Assembly (NCBI GenBank): GCA_031459915.1
Contig: JAVKHO010000012.1
Coordinates: forward strand, 1 to 64,000
From: Candidatus Tepidifontimicrobium thermophilum
Lineage (GTDB): Bacteria > Sysuimicrobiota > Sysuimicrobiia > Sysuimicrobiales > Sysuimicrobiaceae
Length of the DNA stretch: 64,000 nucleotides
Reading direction: 5' to 3'
The notes under the pieces are model-generated. The model ran no database searches and was not told the origin of the DNA. It saw nothing but the letters and a program-made list of their open reading frames with translations. Positions 19,484 to 27,981 of this stretch are shown here, piece by piece (position 1 is the stretch's first letter; every line of letters begins with the position of its first letter). The position numbers and the translations under genes were made by a program.

Positions 19484-20103
19484 GGTTCGCCTCCTTCCCA
19501 CGTCATCTCCCAGAAAGCCCGCTCCAGCTCCGCCACCCGCCGGAAAGCCTCCTCTGCAGCCTCCTGTTCCGCTGCGGAGGCAGGCCCTAGCGCCCGGCTG
19601 GCGCACGACTCGAGTGAAGCCACGTACTGCGCGAAAGCCGGCTGCGTCCAGCGGCGTACGAAGTCCCGGTACGGCTCGGCACCTGGCGCGGCACCTGTCC
19701 AGGCGTCCAGGTACGCCCGCTCGCACGCCCACAGGGCGGTGATCTGTGCAGGGTACGGCGCGTGGCGCAGCGACTGGAGGAAGTCCACGTACTCGCGGCA
19801 GGTGGGGTGGACCTGGACGTCCAGGGCCAGGCCGCGCTCCCGGGCATGGCCCTCGAACCAGTCCAGTTCGTCCACCAGGGCCAACAGTCCAGAAGCCACC
19901 ACCCGCTGGTCCGGCCGCGGGGCGGCGGCCAGGACGTACGCCTGTGAGGTCAGCAACCCGCGGACGAAGTGGTAGTCCTGGACCAGCCAGCGGCGGAACG
20001 CGGGTTCCGGCAGGGCTCCCGTGCGCACGCCCTCCAGGAAGGGGTGGCGCGTGGCACTGTCCCACAGCGCGCGGTACCGCACGAGCAGCGTCTGCGGGCT
20101 CAC
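19480..20103 (-). CDS. TenA family protein, TenA_E-like
   Basis: HPFL, WLVQDY.F, WACERAY, E..FW; GTG start at 20103. Confidence 0.85.
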   Translation of the reverse strand: MSPQTLLVRYRALWDSATRHPFLEGVRTGALPEPAFRRWLVQDYHFVRGLLTSQAYVLAAAPRPDQRVVASGLLALVDELDWFEGHARERGLALDVQVHPTCREYVDFLQSLRHAPYPAQITALWACERAYLDAWTGAAPGAEPYRDFVRRWTQPAFAQYVASLESCASRALGPASAAEQEAAEEAFRRVAELERAFWEMTWEGGEP

Positions 20104-20720
20104 ACAGACCTCCACGCGCTGTCGAAGAACTCGTACTCCAGCTGCATGGCCCGCCGGTACAGCTCCTCCAGCCGGGCTCGGTCCCCGCCGTAGCGGTCCA
20201 GCAGCCCCTCCAGGGTCTGCGCCAGCCGCTCGAACTCCGGGCTGCCGTACGTGCGCACCCACTCCCCGTACGGGCTACCCTCCCGCAGGACTGTCTGGAG
20301 CCGGGAGCCCAGGTACGCGTACAGCCGCATGCACGGGGTCTGGGCCGCCACCCCGTGTCCGACGGGTTCCAAAGCCGCGGTGCGCAGCAAGAAGTCGGTG
20401 TACGCGGAGGTGGCGGGCGCCGGGGACGGCTGCAGGTCCACGCCCCACCGCCGCGCGTACTCCCGGTGCAGCCGCAGTTCGTCCACAGCACCGTCCAGCA
20501 GGGCCTTGAAGGTCACCAGGCCCTCCCGGTCCGGGGCCTTGGCCAGCAGCAGGGCGTAGGCCCGCACGAACGCGTCAAGGAAGTAAGCGTCCTGCCCCAC
20601 GTAGAACCGAAAGCGCTCCAGGGGCAGTTCGCCGGAGGCGATGCCCTGCAGGAAGGGGTGGTTCGAGCACGCCTCCGCCAGCTCCGCGTTAGCCCGCCAG
20701 AGTTCTTCTGCCAGTCCCAC
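20100..20720 (-). CDS. tenA: TenA family thiaminase II / aminopyrimidine aminohydrolase, TenA_C-like
   Basis: HPF..GI..G.L, YVGQDA.FL, PCMRLY (catalytic Cys), LEYEFF; GGAGG then GTG at 20720. Confidence 0.9.
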   Translation of the reverse strand: MGLAEELWRANAELAEACSNHPFLQGIASGELPLERFRFYVGQDAYFLDAFVRAYALLLAKAPDREGLVTFKALLDGAVDELRLHREYARRWGVDLQPSPAPATSAYTDFLLRTAALEPVGHGVAAQTPCMRLYAYLGSRLQTVLREGSPYGEWVRTYGSPEFERLAQTLEGLLDRYGGDRARLEELYRRAMQLEYEFFDSAWRSV

Positions 20721-20782
20721 ACGCACCTCCCACACAAACACGACCGCCAGGCCCGAGCAGGACCTGGCGGTTTCTGGGGTCT

Positions 20783-20892
20783 CGCCACTTCCCCACGCCA
20801 GCATTACCTGGATCGGGTCTTCGGGGTCTGCGGCATTGGCCCGCTGGGCCGGCCGCACTCTCAGCCCGGCTCTTCCGAGCTCCCCCAGGGCT
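20783..20892 (-). ncRNA. TPP riboswitch
   Basis: GGGG...GCUGAGA...ACCC...ACCCGAUCCAGGUAAUGCUGGCGUGGGGA core directly upstream of the thi operon; boundaries approximate. Confidence 0.93.
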
Positions 20893-20929
20893 TGCTATGC
20901 GGTTTTGCGCGGCAGCTCGCCGCACCCTC

Positions 20930-20956
20930 ATTATCGCACGGCCCGTCGTCTGTCAA
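20930..20956 (-). promoter_or_regulatory. Putative thi operon promoter
   Basis: TTGACA-N15-GATAAT (short spacer), overlapping the pdxT stop codon. Confidence 0.5.
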
Positions 20957-21537
20957 CCCACTCCGCCCGCGGACGCCGCCAGGCTGCAGAAGTACCGGTG
21001 CACGCCGGTGTAGCCGGTGATCTCCGGGTGGAAGGTCGCACCCAGCAGGCGCCCCTGTCGGACCAGCACCGGCAGCCCCTCGTGGCGGGCCAGGACCTGT
21101 ACCCCTTCGCCCACCCCCGTGATCACGGGCGCGCGGATGAAGGCCACGCGGAAGGGGTTGGGGTCCACCGCAGGGCAGGCGAGGTCGTCTTCGAAGCTCT
21201 CCCGCTGCCGCCCGTACGCGTTGCGCTCCACCGCCACGTCCATCAGGCCCAACAGAGGGGGTTCACCCCCCGAGGCGCGACGGGCCATGAGGATCAGCCC
21301 CGCGCAGGTACCGAACACCGGCATCCCCTCCTGCGCGCGGCGGCGGATGGCCTGGTCGAGCCCGCAGCGCGCCATGAGGGCGCCCAGGGTGGTGCTCTCG
21401 CCGCCCGGCAGGACCAGGGCCTGGACGTCCTCCAGCGCCTGCGGCGTCCGCACCAGGACCGGCTCGGCTCCAACCTCGCGCAGCACCTGCGCGTGCTCGG
21501 AGACGTCTCCCTGCAGCGCCAGCACGCCGACCCTCAC
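20953..21537 (-). CDS. pdxT: PLP synthase glutaminase subunit
   Basis: GVLALQG, PGGESTT, GTCAG, RNAYGRQRESF, FIRAP, FHPE. Confidence 0.97.
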   Translation of the reverse strand: MRVGVLALQGDVSEHAQVLREVGAEPVLVRTPQALEDVQALVLPGGESTTLGALMARCGLDQAIRRRAQEGMPVFGTCAGLILMARRASGGEPPLLGLMDVAVERNAYGRQRESFEDDLACPAVDPNPFRVAFIRAPVITGVGEGVQVLARHEGLPVLVRQGRLLGATFHPEITGYTGVHRYFCSLAASAGGVG

Positions 21538-21564
21538 GAAAACCACCTCCTCGCGGCCAGGCTG

Positions 21565-22455
21565 TCACCCGCCCCGGGTCTGGAGGAGCTCTGCGGGCTC
21601 CAGCCGCCGCACGTCCAGTCCCCGCATAGGCTCGCCCAGACCCTCGCAGGCCCGCGCCACCGCGTCCGGGTCGTCGTAGTGGGCCACCGCGTCCACGATG
21701 GCCCGCGCCCGGCGGGCCGGGTCTTCGGACTTGAAGATCCCGCTTCCCACGAACACGCCGTCGCAGCCCAGCTGCATCATCAGGGCCGCGTCCGCGGGCG
21801 TGGCGATCCCGCCCGCGGCGAAGTTCACCACGGGCAGCCGGCCGAGCCGCCGCACCTCCAGCACGAGCTCGTACGGCGCCCGCAGGTCGCGGGCGGCGGT
21901 CATCAGCTCCTCCTCCGGCAGGGCCTGCAGCCGGCGGATCTCGTCCAGGATCTGGCGGACGTGCCGTACCGCCTCCACCACGTTGCCCGTGCCCGCCTCT
22001 CCCTTGGTGCGGATCATGGCCGCGCCCTCCCCGATGCGGCGCAGCGCCTCCCCCAGGTCCCGGGCCCCGCACACAAACGGCACGCGGAAGCGCCGCTTGT
22101 CGATGTGGTGCTGCTCGTCCGCGGGGGTCAGGACCTCGCTCTCGTCGATGAAGTCCACCCCGATGGCCTCCAGCACCTGGGCCTCCACGAAGTGGCCGAT
22201 CCGGACCTTGGCCATCACGGGGATGGTGACCGCGGCCATGATGGCCTTGATGCGGGCGGGGTCCGCCATCCGGGCCACGCCACCCTCCGCCCGGATGTCC
22301 GCGGGCACCCGTTCCAGCGCCATCACCGCCACCGCACCCGCGTCCTCCGCGATGCGCGCCTGCTCCGGGGTGGTCACGTCCATGATCACCCCGCCCTTCA
22401 GCATCTGCGCGAGCCCTCGCTTGACCCGCTCCGTCCCGACCTCGCGCAACTGCAT
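21565..22455 (-). CDS. pdxS: PLP synthase lyase subunit
   Basis: [40 protein letters not shown]. Confidence 0.98.
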   Translation of the reverse strand: MQLREVGTERVKRGLAQMLKGGVIMDVTTPEQARIAEDAGAVAVMALERVPADIRAEGGVARMADPARIKAIMAAVTIPVMAKVRIGHFVEAQVLEAIGVDFIDESEVLTPADEQHHIDKRRFRVPFVCGARDLGEALRRIGEGAAMIRTKGEAGTGNVVEAVRHVRQILDEIRRLQALPEEELMTAARDLRAPYELVLEVRRLGRLPVVNFAAGGIATPADAALMMQLGCDGVFVGSGIFKSEDPARRARAIVDAVAHYDDPDAVARACEGLGEPMRGLDVRRLEPAELLQTRGG

Positions 22456-23462
22456 CACCTCCCCACCTGCGTCTGCTGCTCTAGCCGTTCCAGGGCGCGC
22501 CACAGCTCGTCCACGGGATACGGCTCCAGGGGCTCCCGCTGGCAGCCCAGGACCTTCCAGTTGCCGCGCTCCACGAACCTCCCCACCACCGCCGCAGGGA
22601 CTCCCGCCTCCTCCAGGGCGGCCACGGTGCGGTCGGGCACCGGGGTGGCCACCAGCAGCGCCCCGCTGCTCACGAGCCCCAGGGGGTCTACGTCCACCAG
22701 GGAACACACCGCCTCGGTCTCCGGCCGCACAGGAACACGGTCTGCGTACAGCTCCACCCCCACCCCGGAGGCGGTGGCCATCTCCACCGCCGCGGCCAGG
22801 ATCCCCCCTTCTGTGGCGTCGTGCATGGCCCGGGCACCCGCCCGGACCGCCGCGCGGCCGTCCCGCACCACGCTGATCTCCTCCAGGAACGCCTGGGCCC
22901 GCTGTACCACGTCCGCTCCCAGGTGCCGCCGGAAGTACGCTTCGAAGTCCGAAGCGAGGATCGCGGTCCCCTCGAGCCCGGCGGCCTTGGTGAGGACCAA
23001 AAAGTCCCCGGGTCGGGCCCCGGAGCTGGTGACGAAGGCGTCCCTGCGGGCCCGGCCCACCGCGGTGGTCACCACCAGGGTCCTCGGCAGGTCCGCGGTC
23101 ACCTCCGTGTGCCCGCCCACGATCTCCGCCCCCAGCTCCGCGGCGGCCTGTCCTGCCTGCTCCATCAGCTCCCGTAACTCGTCCTCCTCCGCGCCTTCCC
23201 GGAGCAGGACGTCCATCAGCAGCGCCACCGGCTCGGCACCCGTGGCCGCCAGGTCGTTGGTGGCCACGTACACCGCGATCCGGCCCAGGTGGCGGGTGGC
23301 GCCCGTGATGGGGTCGGTGGTGAGCACGCACACCCACTCGCCGAAGTCCACCACGGCACAGTCCTCTCCCACCCGCGCCCGGACCAGGACCTCCGGCCTG
23401 CGGCCCAGGTGCGGGTACACCAGCCGCTCCAGGAGCTCGGGCGGGACCTTCCCCACCCGCAT
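22455..23462 (-). CDS. AIR synthase-related (PurM/HypE/SelD/ThiL superfamily) protein of unknown function
   Basis: [53 protein letters not shown] at 23462. Confidence 0.88.
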   Translation of the reverse strand: MRVGKVPPELLERLVYPHLGRRPEVLVRARVGEDCAVVDFGEWVCVLTTDPITGATRHLGRIAVYVATNDLAATGAEPVALLMDVLLREGAEEDELRELMEQAGQAAAELGAEIVGGHTEVTADLPRTLVVTTAVGRARRDAFVTSSGARPGDFLVLTKAAGLEGTAILASDFEAYFRRHLGADVVQRAQAFLEEISVVRDGRAAVRAGARAMHDATEGGILAAAVEMATASGVGVELYADRVPVRPETEAVCSLVDVDPLGLVSSGALLVATPVPDRTVAALEEAGVPAAVVGRFVERGNWKVLGCQREPLEPYPVDELWRALERLEQQTQVGR

Positions 23463-23980
23463 CAGCGGGGAGCCACCACGCCCCGGAGGACCGAGGAGCC
23501 GGCTAGCCCCACCACGACCCCGGACAGCACCTGGAACAGGTTTCCGGGGACCTCCGTGGCTGCCGCGTGGGGCCCCAGACCCAGCAGGAACGCCTCGCTC
23601 ACGTAGTACCCGGCCACCATCCAGGTGCCCGCCACCGCACACGCGACCACCGCGCGGGCAGCCCAGACTGCACCCGCAGCCTCCGGCCCCCTCAGCACGC
23701 GCCAGAACAGGTAGCCTGCCAGCCAGCCTTCTACGGCCTTGATCACCAGGGTGAACGGCGCGAACTGGGCGTAGCCGCCCAGCAGGTCCGCCAGCGCGGA
23801 TCCCACGCCGCCCGCCACCAGCCCGTGGACCGGACCCAGCAGCAGGGCCGTCAGGTAGATCACCGTCTCACCCAGGTTGATGTAGCCCTGGGTCGCGGGG
23901 ACGGGGATCCGGATGGCCAAGGTAGCGGCGGCCACCAGGGCCGTGGCCAGTGCTCCCGCGGTCAGGTCCCGGGTACTCAC
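23462..23980 (-). CDS. ECF S-component, probable vitamin B6 substrate (PdxU2/HmpT-like)
   Basis: IP.P.T.GY.N.G, G.GSALAD...GY...AP.T..IK..EG, N..Q; first gene of the pdx operon. Confidence 0.8.
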   Translation of the reverse strand: MSTRDLTAGALATALVAAATLAIRIPVPATQGYINLGETVIYLTALLLGPVHGLVAGGVGSALADLLGGYAQFAPFTLVIKAVEGWLAGYLFWRVLRGPEAAGAVWAARAVVACAVAGTWMVAGYYVSEAFLLGLGPHAAATEVPGNLFQVLSGVVVGLAGSSVLRGVVAPR

Positions 23981-24041
23981 CCTCCACCTCCCTGCAACGA
24001 GGTCGGTTGCGTCGCCACCTACCGCCGTAGCTTACCGGCAC

Positions 24042-24090
24042 AAGTGGTTTGCAAAAACGTCCACTTTCGTCCAAGATGCAAATGCCACCT
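24042..24090. promoter_or_regulatory. Putative PdxR operator
   Basis: AT-rich intergenic with AAGTGG (24042-47), inverted CCACTT (24061-66) and a third CCACCT (24085-90). Confidence 0.55.
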
Positions 24091-24092
24091 CC

Positions 24093-25541
24093 ATGGAGTT
24101 GAGCTTCACGCTGCGGGGAAGGCCCAGGGCGCAGGAGCTGGCCCAGCAGATCCGCTTTGCCATCCTCGAGGGCCGGCTGAGGGCTGGGACCCGCCTGCCG
24201 TCCACCCGGGCCCTGGCGGAGTCTGTCGGCTGCTCGCGGACGCTGGTCACCGCAGTGTACGAGGAGCTGGTCGCAGAGGGTTACTTGGAGGCCCGGCGGG
24301 GGTCGGGCACCTACGTGGCGGCAGAGCTGCCGGTGGCTTCGGTGGTAACGGAAGGCCTCACAAGCCCCCCTCCTAAGTGGTTGGAACCCCTGCGGGACCC
24401 CGACGGTGACTCGCCCGGCTCGGACGAGTGCCGGGTGGACTTCACCCTGGCCCGCCAGGTGGTGGAGCCCGTGAGCCGGCGCAGCTGGGCCCGCATGTGG
24501 CGGGCGGTGGGCCGGCAGAGCCCGCCCCGGGACGCCGGGCCTCCCGAAGGCGACCCGGGCCTGCGGGAAGCCATCGCCGAATACGTAGGCCGCGCCAGAG
24601 GACTGCGCTGTGGCCCGGACGACGTCGTGGTCACCACGGGCGGGGTCCGCGCCCTGGACCTCGTGGCGCAAGCCGTACTGCGTCCCGGGGACCCTGTGGC
24701 CGTGGAGGAACCCGGGTACCCGGCGGCGCGGAGGACCCTCGAGGACCGGGGAGCGGTCCTGCTGCCCGTACGCGTGGACGACGACGGGCTGCACGTGGTC
24801 GAGCTCGGCAGTGCACCCCTGGTGGTGTACGTCACGCCTTCCCACCAGTACCCGCTGGGGGTCCGTATGTCCGTGTCCCGGCGTGTGGCCCTTCTGGAAT
24901 GGGCTGCAAGGCACGACCGCCTCGTGGTGGAGGACGACTACGACAGCGAGTTGCGGTTCGACGGCCCGCCGCTCCCTGCGCTGGCGGGCATGGAGCGGGC
25001 CGGACGGGTGGTATACGTAGGGACGTTCTCCAAGGTCCTGGCGCCCGGGCTCCGGCTGGGCTACGTGGTGGCCCCGAGGTGGCTGCGGGAGCGCCTGGTC
25101 CGTCTCCGGGAACGTTCCGGGGACCGGGTCCCCTGGCCGGTGCAGCGGGCCCTGGCCGCGTTTCTGGGAAGCGGCGACTTCGACCGGCACGTGCGCCGGG
25201 TCCGGCGCCAGTACGCGGAGCGGCGCAGCGCCCTGCGGGAGGCGCTGCAACCGGCGTCGGGCGTCGCGCGCCTGCGGGGGATGGAAGCCGGCCTGCACGC
25301 GTTTCTGCAGTTCACGCCGGAGCTGGACGAGCTCCACCTCGCTGAGGTCGCCCGTCGGCGGGGTGTCCGCGTGAGTCCCCTGGCGCCTTTCTACCTGGGC
25401 ACCCCGGACCGCCGGGGGTGGCTGCTCGCCTACGGCGGGCTGTCGACCCAGCAGGTATGGTGGGGCGCGCGGGTGCTGACCGAGGTCCTCCTGGAGTCCG
25501 TAGAGCTGCGGGCGAAGGAGCCGCTGGGTGGCCGCCCGTGA
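24093..25541 (+). CDS. pdxR: MocR/GabR-family PLP-dependent transcription regulator
   Basis: wHTH LPSTR.LA...SR..V...Y..L..EGY; aminotransferase domain TPSHQYPLG, EDDYDSE, GTFSK; divergent from the pdxST operon. Confidence 0.9.
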   Translation: MELSFTLRGRPRAQELAQQIRFAILEGRLRAGTRLPSTRALAESVGCSRTLVTAVYEELVAEGYLEARRGSGTYVAAELPVASVVTEGLTSPPPKWLEPLRDPDGDSPGSDECRVDFTLARQVVEPVSRRSWARMWRAVGRQSPPRDAGPPEGDPGLREAIAEYVGRARGLRCGPDDVVVTTGGVRALDLVAQAVLRPGDPVAVEEPGYPAARRTLEDRGAVLLPVRVDDDGLHVVELGSAPLVVYVTPSHQYPLGVRMSVSRRVALLEWAARHDRLVVEDDYDSELRFDGPPLPALAGMERAGRVVYVGTFSKVLAPGLRLGYVVAPRWLRERLVRLRERSGDRVPWPVQRALAAFLGSGDFDRHVRRVRRQYAERRSALREALQPASGVARLRGMEAGLHAFLQFTPELDELHLAEVARRRGVRVSPLAPFYLGTPDRRGWLLAYGGLSTQQVWWGARVLTEVLLESVELRAKEPLGGRP

Positions 25542-25762
25542 ACCTGGCCTTCCTGCTGCTGGCCCTCGACGGCAACACACCTGCCCAGGTAGCCCGGGAA
25601 GCCCGGAATCTGCCCGGCGTGTCGGAGGTCTACGCCACCCTGGGGCCCTACGACGTGGTGGTGGTCGCCCGGACAGAGTCCAGCCGGGACATCCCCGCCC
25701 TGGCCGAGCGGCTCCGGAGGATCCACGGCGTCGTTCAGGTGGTGACCTGCGTGGCCGTCTGA
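25538..25762 (+). CDS. Stand-alone Lrp/AsnC ligand-binding (RAM) domain protein
   Basis: 74 aa, GV.EVY...GPYDVV, I.GV....T; GTGA overlap with the pdxR stop. Confidence 0.8.
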   Translation: MNLAFLLLALDGNTPAQVAREARNLPGVSEVYATLGPYDVVVVARTESSRDIPALAERLRRIHGVVQVVTCVAV

Positions 25763-25794
25763 CCTGCGGGCCGGGCACGTGCGCTAGCGGGAGG

Positions 25795-26727
25795 TCACAC
25801 CCGCACGCGCGGGGTGACCACCGTCATCTCGTCCAGGATCCGCTGCGCCACCTCCAGGGCTTCCAGCCCCGCCTCCCCCGGCACCCGGGGGGTCGCGTCT
25901 CCCCGCACGCAGGCCAGGAAGTGCCGCAGCTCCGCCCGCAGCGGCTCCTCGTGCCGGACCGGGAACTCCCGGCGGCCTGTGGCGGACCGCACCACCATGT
26001 GCTCCCGCAGGTAGTTCAGGTACACCGACCCGCCAGAAGTGGTGACCTCGATTTCCGCGGCCTTCTGCGGGGAAACCCGGCTTGCCACCAGACTCGCCAC
26101 GCACCCGTCCTCGAGGACCAGGTGCGCGACCGCCAGGTCCTCGTCCCCGTCGTACAGGCGCGCGCCGATCCCCGTCACCCGGTTCACGTGGGACCCTGTC
26201 AGTGAAAGCACGATGTCGATGTCGTGGATCATGAGGTCCATCACCACGCCCACGTCCGTGGCGCGCCCCGGCTGGTAGGGGCGCACCCGCCGTGCCTGGA
26301 CGAACACCGGCTCCCGGGCGCGCTGCAGCAGCTCTTCCACCGAGGGCTTGAACCGCTCCACGTGGCCCACCAGCAGCACCAGGTTCCGGGCCCGCGCCAG
26401 GGCCACCAGCTCCCGCGCCTCCTCCACCCGGGCGGTGATGGGCTTCTCCACCAGGACGTGCACGCCTGCCTGCAGGAGGTCGCGGGCGATGGCGTAGTGG
26501 TGCACGGTGGGTGCCACCACGCTCACCGCGTCCACCTTCCCCACCAGCTCCCGGTGGTCCAGGAAGCCCGGGACGCGGTAGCGGGCGCTGAACTCCGCCA
26601 CTTCCTCCGGGTTAGGGGAGACCACCGCGACCAGATGGGCTTCGGGTAGCTGGTGGTAGATGCGGACGTGGTGGCGCCCCCACTTGCCCAACCCGACCAC
26701 GCCCACGCGCACGGCCTCCGGCTTCAC
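25795..26727 (-). CDS. Gfo/Idh/MocA NAD-dependent oxidoreductase (GnnA/WbpB-like)
   Basis: GLGKWG, LVEKP, GHVERF, VVMDLMIHDID; GTG at 26727. Confidence 0.88.
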   Translation of the reverse strand: MKPEAVRVGVVGLGKWGRHHVRIYHQLPEAHLVAVVSPNPEEVAEFSARYRVPGFLDHRELVGKVDAVSVVAPTVHHYAIARDLLQAGVHVLVEKPITARVEEARELVALARARNLVLLVGHVERFKPSVEELLQRAREPVFVQARRVRPYQPGRATDVGVVMDLMIHDIDIVLSLTGSHVNRVTGIGARLYDGDEDLAVAHLVLEDGCVASLVASRVSPQKAAEIEVTTSGGSVYLNYLREHMVVRSATGRREFPVRHEEPLRAELRHFLACVRGDATPRVPGEAGLEALEVAQRILDEMTVVTPRVRV

Positions 26728-27836
26728 GGGGAAGCCACCACCTGCCGCGCGAACTCCCGGACCGCGTCCACCACCCTCCGCAGGTCGCCCTCCGTCAGCG
26801 CCGGATGCACGGGCAGGGACAGGACCTCGCCGCTCGCGCGCTCGGCCTGGGGCCACCCGCCGGGCGTGTACCCCAACCGCCGGTAGGGCTCGGTGTGCGG
26901 GACCGGCTCCGGGTAGTACACGCGGGTCTCCACGCCCCGCGCCCGCAGGTGGCGGCTCAACTCGTCGCGGCGCCGGGCCCGCACGGTGTACTGGTGGTAC
27001 ACATGGAAGTACCCCTCCGGCTCCGTGGGCGGGAGGATCCCGGGGAGGTCCCGCAGGACTTCGGTCAGGGTCTGCGCGTTCCGGCGGCGCGCGGCGTTGC
27101 GCTCGTCCAGCTTCTCCAGCTGCCCCAGGCCCAACGCCGCCGCCAGGTCAGTCATCCGGTAGTTGTGGCCCACCACCTCGTACCGGTACGGGCCGGACTG
27201 TCCCTGGTGCACCAACAGCCGGACCCGGCGGGCCAGCTGTGGGTCCCGGGCGACCACCATGCCGCCCTCCCCCGTGGTCATGTTCTTGGTGGGGTAGAAG
27301 CTGAACACCGCGGCCACGCCGAACCCGCCCACCCGCCGACCCCGCAGGGCCGCGCCGTGGGCCTGTGCCGCGTCCTCCACCAGCCACACCCCGTGGCGGT
27401 CCGCCAGCTCTGCGAGCACGTCCACGGCCGCCGGCAGCCCGTACAGGTGCACCGCCACGATCCCGCGCACCCTGGGGTGACGGCGGAGCGCGTCCTCCAC
27501 GGAGGACGGGTCGAGGTTGAAAGTTACCGGATCGATGTCCACAAACACGGGACGGGCGCCGCGGTGCACGACCGCGTTGGCGGTGGCCGCGAAGGTGAAC
27601 GCGGGGACCACCACCTCGTCGCCAGGTCCGACCCCCAGGGCCTCCAGCAGCACCTCCAGGCCCGCGGTTCCGGAGCTGGTGGCCACCGCGTGGGGCACCT
27701 GCACGTACGCGGCGAAGGCAGCCTCGAACCGCTCCACCCACTCGCCCGAGCTCAGCTTTCCGGAGGACAACACTTCCAGCACGCGCCGGCGGTCCGCCTC
27801 CGTGACCACGGGTCGGGCGATAGGCACCCAGTCCAC
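26724..27836 (-). CDS. DegT/DnrJ/EryC1/StrS sugar aminotransferase (GnnB/WbpE-like)
   Basis: SSGTA, VHLYG, EDAAQAHG, SFYPTKN.TTGEGG, G.NYRM, SLP.HP; start GTG 27836 after GGAGG. Confidence 0.92.
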   Translation of the reverse strand: MDWVPIARPVVTEADRRRVLEVLSSGKLSSGEWVERFEAAFAAYVQVPHAVATSSGTAGLEVLLEALGVGPGDEVVVPAFTFAATANAVVHRGARPVFVDIDPVTFNLDPSSVEDALRRHPRVRGIVAVHLYGLPAAVDVLAELADRHGVWLVEDAAQAHGAALRGRRVGGFGVAAVFSFYPTKNMTTGEGGMVVARDPQLARRVRLLVHQGQSGPYRYEVVGHNYRMTDLAAALGLGQLEKLDERNAARRRNAQTLTEVLRDLPGILPPTEPEGYFHVYHQYTVRARRRDELSRHLRARGVETRVYYPEPVPHTEPYRRLGYTPGGWPQAERASGEVLSLPVHPALTEGDLRRVVDAVREFARQVVASP

Positions 27837-27859
27837 TTCCACCTCCGCGGACACGAAGC

Positions 27860-27887
27860 GACCCCTCCGGCCACCACCAGAGGGGTC
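27860..27887 (-). terminator. Stable hairpin downstream of the small prepilin-like gene
   Basis: GACCCCUCUGG-UGGUGG-CCGGAGGGGUC, 11-bp stem, weak U tail. Confidence 0.45.
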
Positions 27888-27981
27888 TACAACAGACCGG
27901 GGCGCCGCGACGGCCGCTTGCGGCGCAGCCCCCTCGTCATCTCCCACCACCGGTCCCGGCGCGGCCGACACGCCACGGCCG

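Noticed and set aside
22455..23462. Calling the AIR synthase-like gene hypE, thiL or selD
   Set aside because: No C-terminal PRIC Cys of HypE, no N-terminal Cys/Sec of SelD, no ThiL-type GE/GGD pattern, and no hydrogenase context.
20641..23742. 1033-aa plus-strand ORF and similar long ORFs (39474-42662, 8794-11079, 57990-60119, 31494-33785)
   Set aside because: Antisense or off-frame shadows of well-supported genes; stop-poor frames are expected at this GC content and they carry no recognisable motifs.
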